DNA of 24,732 nucleotides, taken from IMG/VR virus record IMGVR_UViG_3300048026_000426, positions 1-24,732 of that record; one strand, 5' to 3'. The notes beneath the pieces are model-generated. The model saw only the letters and a list, made by a program, of their open reading frames with translations. It was not told where the DNA came from and searched no databases. How positions within the stretch are numbered: position 1 is the first letter of the stretch; each line of letters opens with the position of its first letter. This stretch comes from a virus. Taxonomy: Duplodnaviria; Caudoviricetes. The translations under genes and the position numbers were made by a program. Shown in pieces: positions 16,541 to 23,335 of the stretch.

Positions 16541-18010
16541 GTGATTAATTCTTTTTTAAAAGCTCTTGCAACCGGGGACAATGTTCGTGACTTTAGACAC
16601 GCATCACGGACATTTGTCGACGGGAATTATAGACTATCCCCAAAACATAAATTTCTCTTTCATGTTGTGTTTCAAGTCAACCCTGGACTTGGATTTTCTT
16701 TCAGTGGAAGTGAGAACTTAGAAGCAAGTTTTTTAGTTAAAACTGTTGACTTGCCTAAGTATAGTTTTGAAGTAGTTGAACATAATCAATATAACAGAAA
16801 AAGATATCATCACAACAAAATTAATTACAGTCCAGTTAACATAACCTTTCACGATGACAACAGCGACGTAATAAGAAATATGTGGTACGCCTACTATGCC
16901 TACTACAATAACGATCCACAATACCAGCAAAGCGGAACATACGGTTATAAAGATACATATAAACCTATGATGGACAACGCTCGTCAATGGGGATTAGACA
17001 GAAATACAAAACCATTCTTTACTGGAATAAAAATTTACAGTTTATATCAAAAGAAATATACAGAATATTGGTTAGTTAATCCAATTATTGAAAGTTTTGA
17101 CCACGACGGACATGATTATTCAGATGGATCAGGCATTTTAGAACATAGAATGTCAGTAAGATTTGAAACAGTAAAATATAAATCAGGTCTTGTCGATGGT
17201 GATAGTCCACAAGGGTTTGGTACATTACATTATGACAAAGCAAAAAGTCCTTTAACACCAGAAGGTGGAGGAACAACTAGTATATTAGGCCCAGGCGGTT
17301 TAGTTGATGCAGTTGGAAGTATTGGTGCCGATCTAGCAGGTGGTAATATTGCAGGTGCAGTAGTTACTGGTTTACGTGGAGCAGGAAATTTAAAAGGTGC
17401 TAACTTAAAAAGTATGTTAAAATCAGAACTTACTGGAGCGGCAATGAATGCCTTAAGAGGACAAAATCCGATTGGTGATTTCAGTTTTCCTAATAGTAAA
17501 TCAGCACAAGGTAATCCTTTACCTAATGTTCCAAAAATGAATGGAATAAGTGGAAGTGGTTCAAATCTTCCGGCTAGTCAACAATCAGTGAAAAGTAATG
17601 GAGCAGGAATACAAATTGCTCCTATTAATACTTCTTTGGGAGCAATAGTTGGCGGCGCAGGTGCTAATATACAAAGTTTAGTTTCCGGAGCAGGCGCAAT
17701 GATTGGATCAGTCGGTCCAAACGTTCCAGCATCTTTACAAAGTTTATTTGGACCTGGATTAAATAATATAGCAACACACGTTAATAGTGCATCTTTTCAA
17801 AATCAGTTTCAATCTGATTTAGCAGAAGCACAAAGAAAACTTGGAGATATTGATTTATCTTCTATCGGAAGTGCTACAAATAGTATTGGTAGTAATTTAA
17901 CAACTAATCCGGTAGATTATTCTACACAATCTAAGTTGTCAAAACCTAGTATAAGTAATATTACTAACAGTTCAACATATTATAAAAAACAAATACCAGG
18001 TGATTTCTAA
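16541..18010 (+). CDS. Tube-fold baseplate/tail-tube initiator (gp48/gp54-like) with a Gly/Ser/Asn-rich C-terminal tail
   Basis: VKTVDLPKYSF....NQYNRKR....KINYSPVNITFHDD and LVNPIIESFDHD..DY is a tail-tube-like fold. GTG start with SD GGAG. Confidence 0.65.
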   Translation: MINSFLKALATGDNVRDFRHASRTFVDGNYRLSPKHKFLFHVVFQVNPGLGFSFSGSENLEASFLVKTVDLPKYSFEVVEHNQYNRKRYHHNKINYSPVNITFHDDNSDVIRNMWYAYYAYYNNDPQYQQSGTYGYKDTYKPMMDNARQWGLDRNTKPFFTGIKIYSLYQKKYTEYWLVNPIIESFDHDGHDYSDGSGILEHRMSVRFETVKYKSGLVDGDSPQGFGTLHYDKAKSPLTPEGGGTTSILGPGGLVDAVGSIGADLAGGNIAGAVVTGLRGAGNLKGANLKSMLKSELTGAAMNALRGQNPIGDFSFPNSKSAQGNPLPNVPKMNGISGSGSNLPASQQSVKSNGAGIQIAPINTSLGAIVGGAGANIQSLVSGAGAMIGSVGPNVPASLQSLFGPGLNNIATHVNSASFQNQFQSDLAEAQRKLGDIDLSSIGSATNSIGSNLTTNPVDYSTQSKLSKPSISNITNSSTYYKKQIPGDF

Positions 18011-18378
18011 TGTCAACTAATTTACCAAAAAAACAAAACACAAACGAAACTACAGAATTCTTTGATGTCTATGATACTCCTCAATCATCAACTATTGTTA
18101 ATCCAACAGAGTTTGATGCTATTAGAGGTTTCTTTTTAAGAAAAACAGACGATAATGAAACAGTTGCAGATGGATTAACAGACACAGTTATGCAACTTGC
18201 TAATTTACATGATATATCTCCAATGGATTTAATTGATGATTTCGGAGATTATGCAATTACAGAAATACAACAAGCATTAGTTTCATTAATTAATCAAACT
18301 AGAACTAACACAAGTATATTAGGATTTAATAGAAACAAAGCACCAAGCCAAATCGTTGCTCGTAACATATTGGATTAA
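18010..18378 (+). CDS. Hypothetical protein (likely tail/baseplate associated)
   Basis: 122-aa ORF coupled by a TAATG overlap. The role is inferred from position only. Confidence 0.7.
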   Translation: MSTNLPKKQNTNETTEFFDVYDTPQSSTIVNPTEFDAIRGFFLRKTDDNETVADGLTDTVMQLANLHDISPMDLIDDFGDYAITEIQQALVSLINQTRTNTSILGFNRNKAPSQIVARNILD

Positions 18379-18381
18379 GCC

Positions 18382-18819
18382 ATGGCAAAATTCGCTCAAG
18401 GCAAATATGTAATCAAGAATCCTGAAAAGTATGCAGGCAATCGAACCCCAATGTATAGAAGCAGTTGGGAATGGGCATTTATGCAATTTTGTGATAATCA
18501 TCCTGGCGTAATACAATGGGCCAGTGAAGCAATTAAAGTTCCTTATAAAAATCCTTTAACAGGTAAAAATACAATATATGTTCCAGACTTTTTAGTTGTT
18601 TACCAAGATAAAAATGGTACAAAACGTGCTGAAGTTATTGAAGTAAAACCTAAGAAAGAAACAACAATGGAACAAGCAGGCAGAAGTAGACAAGCACAGG
18701 CAAAAGTTATATTAAATTCTGCAAAATGGGAAGCGGCTAATAGATACTGTAGACAAAACAATTTAGTATTTAGAATAGTAACTGAAGATGATATATTTCA
18801 TCGTCCTAAGAAAAGATAA
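18382..18819 (+). CDS. gp4: Head completion protein (T4 gp4-like, TnsA/PD-(D/E)XK nuclease fold)
   Basis: GKY..KNPEKY.G, YRSSWE..FM.FCD..P.VIQWASE.IKVPY, YVPDF, IEVKP, N.AKWEAA and FRIVTE. Confidence 0.92.
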   Translation: MAKFAQGKYVIKNPEKYAGNRTPMYRSSWEWAFMQFCDNHPGVIQWASEAIKVPYKNPLTGKNTIYVPDFLVVYQDKNGTKRAEVIEVKPKKETTMEQAGRSRQAQAKVILNSAKWEAANRYCRQNNLVFRIVTEDDIFHRPKKR

Positions 18820-18822
18820 ATA
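18815..18822 (+). promoter_or_regulatory. Late promoter-like box (GATAAATA)
   Basis: Overlaps the gp4 stop codon, upstream of ATG 18855. Confidence 0.6.
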
Positions 18823-18854
18823 ATTATAGTAGCATATAATTTAGTGGAAGTATT

Positions 18855-19364
18855 ATGACAAAGAAACTAGAAGAATTATTAGACATGGCACCTGCAAAGG
18901 AAGTTAGTGAAAACACTGACATTATACCTGAACCAGAAAAAACAGTAAGCCATACACAAGAACATACACCTGAAGATATTCAAAGAGCAATAGCAAAAGC
19001 AGATAAAATTGACGAAGCATTGCCAATGGTAAAAGATTTATCTTTAAATGACCAAGAAATGGATGAAATAGCCACAACTGCTAAAGACACATTTCAAGAC
19101 TTAATGGATTTAGGCATGAATGTAGAATCTAGGTATGCTGGAGAGATATTTAACACAGCGGCACGTTTGTTAGATACTGCTCTTAATGCCAAAGGTGCTA
19201 AAGTTGATAGAAAATTAAAAATGATACAATTACAACTACAAAAAGCACGTTTAGACCAAGTACAAGCAAAGCATGATAAAGAGTCGGGAGTGCAAGAAGA
19301 GGGTGATGCAGTGGTATTAGACCGTAATGCACTGTTAGAAAAACTGCTTTCAAAGGATAAATAA
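18855..19364 (+). CDS. Probable terminase small subunit (gp16-like)
   Basis: 169 aa with a helical hairpin (DLMDLGMNVESRYAGEIFNTAARLLDTAL..K...KLKMIQLQ) and a C-terminal VLDRNALLEKL resembling T4-type TerS architecture. Lies upstream of TerL. Confidence 0.55.
   Translation: MTKKLEELLDMAPAKEVSENTDIIPEPEKTVSHTQEHTPEDIQRAIAKADKIDEALPMVKDLSLNDQEMDEIATTAKDTFQDLMDLGMNVESRYAGEIFNTAARLLDTALNAKGAKVDRKLKMIQLQLQKARLDQVQAKHDKESGVQEEGDAVVLDRNALLEKLLSKDK
19356..19363 (+). promoter_or_regulatory. Late promoter-like box (GATAAATA)
   Basis: At the end of the preceding gene, upstream of ATG 19392. Confidence 0.6.
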
Positions 19365-19391
19365 TATAATATAAAGTAAGGTGTGATTAAT

Positions 19392-19937
19392 ATGAAAACT
19401 TTCAAACAATATTTAATGGAAAACATTAAAGAATACAAATTTCGTGTGAAGTACGCAGGTACTTTAACTGATGCTCAATTAAGTAGAGTTGAAATGGCAC
19501 TTGGGAAATATAATTTAACAGATATGACCAAACCTAAAGTTACACCAATACAGGAACATCCAATGGATTTCCAAACAATGAAAAATTCAGAAGTTACTAT
19601 TATGGATATTTCAGTGTCTTATCCGACAACTGTTGATATGTTAAGAAATGAATTAACAGAATATGCAGGCATACACGGATCTCATTTAGTTGTAATGAAC
19701 CCAGATGATCCTAACGAAGTAGCCAGAGAAAAGAATTTAGAAGAACAAGACAAAGATTATGTTACAAAACTCGGCAGTGAGATCAAAGACGATATGGAGA
19801 TCAAAGCAGAAGAACATTTTGGCGACAAATATAATGCAACATTTTTAAAAGATTTAGCAAATAATAAAGAAACTCCAGAAGTTACATTAGCAAAAGCATA
19901 CGCAGATGAAGTTGCAAAAGAAAAGAAAAAGGCATAA
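19392..19937 (+). CDS. Putative internal head/prohead-core protein with a T4-type capsid-targeting N-terminus
   Basis: Start moved to ATG 19392 (SD AAGGTG). MKTFKQYLME resembles the T4 internal-protein targeting peptide MKTYQEFIAE. Confidence 0.65.
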   Translation: MKTFKQYLMENIKEYKFRVKYAGTLTDAQLSRVEMALGKYNLTDMTKPKVTPIQEHPMDFQTMKNSEVTIMDISVSYPTTVDMLRNELTEYAGIHGSHLVVMNPDDPNEVAREKNLEEQDKDYVTKLGSEIKDDMEIKAEEHFGDKYNATFLKDLANNKETPEVTLAKAYADEVAKEKKKA

Positions 19938-19941
19938 TACT

Positions 19942-21129
19942 ATGAGAGATATTTTAGACGCACTAGAAGGTATCCATAGTAACAAAAAGAAGCCTTTAGA
20001 CATAACAAAAGAATTAAACAAAAAGCCAGCAGTGATGAAAGCATTATCACTTGAAGACGCAACTGTTGACTCAAACAGTAACGTTGCAGGCTATTTAGAT
20101 ACAATTGACGAATATGTAGAAATGTTATTTAAAAGTGCTAAAGATAAAAAAGAAACTGAAATAGCATATAGAATTCAAAACGCTGTAGACGATATTCGAA
20201 TGAGAGAACTTAATTTACAACCAAGTAATATCAGAGCAAAATATAATTCTCAAGTTTCTGAAGAATTAGAAGAAGGCGTAAATGATGTAGATAAAATTCT
20301 TCAACTTACAAATGAACTTTACAATGAACTAGTTGATTTCCAAAATGAAGAAACTGATGAGAACGTAGAAGATCTTGTTGGACACCTAGCAGAATTTAAG
20401 GCTAAACTTGAAGGTGATACAGGATCATTTTCAGAAGATAAATTTGACGGATACAAAATTCACCGTTTAGGCGAGTTACAGAAAAAAATTGACGACGTTG
20501 CTAAAGATATTAGATTACTAGGCAAAACAGATTCAATGCCAGGCGCCACAGGTGCTGGTGATTTAACAGATCAACTTACTACAATGAATGATGCAATACA
20601 AATGTTGCAAGACGTTGTTGAAAGAGCAAACAGTATTGTACCTGATCCATTAAAAAATTATGATGGTACTCCAAAAACTGAAGAAACAGTTGAAGAAAAA
20701 ATAACAAACAGCGAGGAACAAAAAATGGAAACAACCAAAAAAGACACAGTAGAAGTTGCTGTTGAAGATTTGGCGAGAGTATTAGAACTCGCTGGGTTAA
20801 AATCAGAAGCAGAAGAAAAAGATTTTGATTTTTCAAAAGATAACTTAGAATTATGTGATACGTGTGATAAACCAATTGAAAATTGCGATTGTGAAGGACA
20901 CGATCATAAGGCTGAAGAAATAGCACCAATCCAGGCAAACAGCGAAGTTGAACTTGACGAGTATAGTAACTCTCCAGACGAAGAGTACTTCGACACAGAC
21001 ACACAACTAAACAAAATGTCAGGCGGATTAAACGGTCCAAAGAAACAATTCAAAAAAGAATATCCAGGTGATAATCCATTAGCAGTAGATCTACAAGATA
21101 AACTTGCTAAAATGTTATCTGATATGTAA
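19942..21129 (+). CDS. Acidic helical protein, putative prohead core/internal head protein
   Basis: Start moved to ATG 19942. Very Glu/Asp-rich, with multiple L/V-x-E sites, an LARVLELAGL motif and a CxxC..CxC..HxH cluster. Confidence 0.6.
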   Translation: MRDILDALEGIHSNKKKPLDITKELNKKPAVMKALSLEDATVDSNSNVAGYLDTIDEYVEMLFKSAKDKKETEIAYRIQNAVDDIRMRELNLQPSNIRAKYNSQVSEELEEGVNDVDKILQLTNELYNELVDFQNEETDENVEDLVGHLAEFKAKLEGDTGSFSEDKFDGYKIHRLGELQKKIDDVAKDIRLLGKTDSMPGATGAGDLTDQLTTMNDAIQMLQDVVERANSIVPDPLKNYDGTPKTEETVEEKITNSEEQKMETTKKDTVEVAVEDLARVLELAGLKSEAEEKDFDFSKDNLELCDTCDKPIENCDCEGHDHKAEEIAPIQANSEVELDEYSNSPDEEYFDTDTQLNKMSGGLNGPKKQFKKEYPGDNPLAVDLQDKLAKMLSDM

Positions 21130-21136
21130 TTCTATC

Positions 21137-21367
21137 ATGACTGATAAGTCGTTTGAAAAAGAATTAGAAGATTTAAAAAGATTAGCAGGGGTTGGTTCAT
21201 ATTCTGGACTGACCCCTTACTCATCTGTAGAAGAAAATGTTGGCAGTCTTGCTAACAAATTGTCTAAAGTACAAAAGAAAAGAAAAATACAACCAGGCAC
21301 AGAAGCATGGTTTAGACTGTGGTTCAGTAAGCCATGGTTAACTGGCGAAAAGCCCTACGACAATTAA
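21137..21367 (+). CDS. Small hypothetical protein
   Basis: Start moved to ATG 21137. 76 aa with ELEDLKRLAGV and IQPGTEAWFRLWFSKPWLTGEKP. Confidence 0.7.
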   Translation: MTDKSFEKELEDLKRLAGVGSYSGLTPYSSVEENVGSLANKLSKVQKKRKIQPGTEAWFRLWFSKPWLTGEKPYDN

Positions 21368-21458
21368 TACATAAATGTACTCAAGTTGCAATAAACGGGC
21401 TTATATGACGTATTTAAGGGCCGTACAGTGTAATTAAACATTCCCCAATTAGTTTACC

Positions 21459-21466
21459 GATAAATA
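21459..21466 (+). promoter_or_regulatory. Late promoter-like box (GATAAATA) for the HeH-like gene and TerL
   Basis: Intergenic TAAATA core followed by a 10-bp hairpin and SD AGGAGA. Confidence 0.65.
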
Positions 21467-21472
21467 CAATAG

Positions 21473-21497
21473 TAATATGCATATATAATGCATATTA
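21473..21497. repeat. Perfect 10-bp inverted repeat (5' leader hairpin or operator)
   Basis: TAATATGCAT-ATATA-ATGCATATTA. Confidence 0.7.
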
Positions 21498-21514
21498 GAA
21501 TAGGAGAAATCAAT

Positions 21515-21733
21515 ATGTTTAAATGGTTAAACAAAATTTTTGCAGTAACACCTAGAGAGATTAAAAAAGAAAAACCTCTAGTATTAGTACCTAGCAAAAA
21601 AGATCTATCAAAAATGACTAAGAAAGACTTGGAAGCATTAGGTAGAAAACACAAGATAGAGTTAGACAGACGATTAACAAAAGATAAACTTGTTAATGCA
21701 CTACATAAACACATAAAAAGTCTAAACAATTAA
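21515..21733 (+). CDS. Small basic protein with a Rho-N/HeH(SAP)-like domain
   Basis: Start moved to ATG 21515 (SD AGGAGA). LSKMTKKDLEALGRKHKIELDRRLTKDKLVNAL fits the helix-extension-helix pattern. Confidence 0.65.
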   Translation: MFKWLNKIFAVTPREIKKEKPLVLVPSKKDLSKMTKKDLEALGRKHKIELDRRLTKDKLVNALHKHIKSLNN

Positions 21734-21743
21734 GAGATAAAAA

Positions 21744-23318
21744 ATGGTAAGCAAGAGCCTAGACGGTGTCTTAATTAAAAAGCCACACCAAAAGTTAAGA
21801 TGGACTGAAGAAGAATTACTAGATTTTAAAGAATGTGCTGACCCTGATACAGGACCTGCATATTTTTTAAACAAGTATTTTCATATTCAGCATCCTGTTG
21901 ATGGCAAAATTATTTACAAGCCATACAAGTATCAAGAGAAGTTAGTTAACAGTTACCATACTAATAGATTTAGTATTAATTTATTAAGTAGACAAATGGG
22001 TAAAACTACTACTGCGGCTGGATACTTGTTATGGTATGCTATGTTTGTACCAGATAGTACAATTTTAATTGCGGCTCACAAGTATGCAGGTGCTCAAGAA
22101 ATTATGCAAAAAGTTAGATATGCATACGAACTTATGCCAGACCATATAAGAGCAGGAGTTACAAGTTATAATAAAGGCTCAATAGAATTTGAAAACGGAA
22201 GTAGAATTGTAGCACAAGCAACAACAGAAAACACAGGACGTGGTATGAGTATTACGTTATTATACTGTGATGAGTTTGCGTTTGTTCGACCAACTATTGC
22301 AAAAGAGTTTTGGACAAGTATCTCTCCAACACTAGCAACAGGTGGTAAAGCAATTATTACAAGTACACCTAATAGTGATGAGGATCAGTTTTGGTTATTG
22401 TGGACAGAAGCAAACAGAACTATCGACGATTACGGACATCCTTTAAAAGATGGAATAGGGATAAACGGATTTTATGGCTTTAAAGCATTATGGCAAGAAC
22501 ACCCTGACAGAGATGATGAATGGGCTAAAGAAGAATTAGGTCGTATTGGGGAAGAACGTTTTAAACGTGAGATGGATTGTGAACCAATTATATTTGATGA
22601 AACATTAATCAATGCAATTAGATTAGCAGAGATGGAAGGTAAGGAACCAATTGAAAGACAAGGTCAAGTACGTTGGTTTAAAAAACCTAAAAAAGGCAGT
22701 ATATACTTAATAAGTTTAGATCCAAGTTTAGGAACGGGTGGAGACAATGCGGCAATACAGGTTATAGAAATGCCTTCATTAGAACAAGTCGCAGAGTTTA
22801 TGCATAATAAGACACCCATTGTACAGCAAATAAAAATAATGAAAGAGATAGGTGAATATCTAGTACAGCAAATAGATGAACCTAATGATGTCTATTACAG
22901 CGTTGAAAACAATACGCTAGGAGAGGCGGCATTAGTTACAATACAAGAAATTGGCGAAGAAAATATACCAGGTTTCTTTATTAGTGAACCTAAAGGACAC
23001 GGTAACAGCAAAAAGTTTCGTAGAGGCTTTAATACAACACACAAATCAAAGATTTCAGCCTGTGCTAAATTAAAAAGTTTAATCGAAAGTAAAAGATTAA
23101 CTATTAACAGTAGACCATTAATTTCAGAGCTAAAATCATTTGTTGCTGTTGGTAGCAGTTATCAAGCAAGACCAGGCGATACTGACGATTTAGTTATGTC
23201 TTTAGTACTAGCAATACGCATGAGTATGGTATTAAAGAAGTATGATGCTGGTATAGATGAGCTTTTAAGCGATAATTTTGACGATGTGGTAGAACCAATG
23301 CCTACATTAATGTTATAA
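21744..23318 (+). CDS. gp17: Terminase large subunit (T4 gp17-like)
   Basis: Walker A SRQMGKTT, Walker B LLYCDEFAF, coupling motif ITSTPN, and nuclease acidic residues SLDPSLG, VENN and DDLVMS. Uninterrupted 524 aa. Confidence 0.97.
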   Translation: MVSKSLDGVLIKKPHQKLRWTEEELLDFKECADPDTGPAYFLNKYFHIQHPVDGKIIYKPYKYQEKLVNSYHTNRFSINLLSRQMGKTTTAAGYLLWYAMFVPDSTILIAAHKYAGAQEIMQKVRYAYELMPDHIRAGVTSYNKGSIEFENGSRIVAQATTENTGRGMSITLLYCDEFAFVRPTIAKEFWTSISPTLATGGKAIITSTPNSDEDQFWLLWTEANRTIDDYGHPLKDGIGINGFYGFKALWQEHPDRDDEWAKEELGRIGEERFKREMDCEPIIFDETLINAIRLAEMEGKEPIERQGQVRWFKKPKKGSIYLISLDPSLGTGGDNAAIQVIEMPSLEQVAEFMHNKTPIVQQIKIMKEIGEYLVQQIDEPNDVYYSVENNTLGEAALVTIQEIGEENIPGFFISEPKGHGNSKKFRRGFNTTHKSKISACAKLKSLIESKRLTINSRPLISELKSFVAVGSSYQARPGDTDDLVMSLVLAIRMSMVLKKYDAGIDELLSDNFDDVVEPMPTLML

Positions 23319-23322
23319 AAAA

Positions 23323-23330
23323 GGTAAATA
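23323..23330 (+). promoter_or_regulatory. Late promoter-like box (GGTAAATA)
   Basis: TAAATA core 5 nt upstream of ATG 23336. Confidence 0.6.
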
Positions 23331-23335
23331 GTAAT

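Noticed and set aside
18382-18819. TnsA-like nuclease as evidence of a Tn7-like element
   Set aside because: The motifs and context match T4 gp4 head completion protein. No transposase partners or terminal repeats are present.
18822-18841. Inverted repeat AATTATA-GTAGCA-TATAATT upstream of the putative TerS
   Set aside because: A 7-bp stem of only A/T in AT-rich DNA is too likely by chance without conservation data.
21744-23318. Intron or intein in TerL
   Set aside because: The ORF is continuous and of normal length with all motifs in order.
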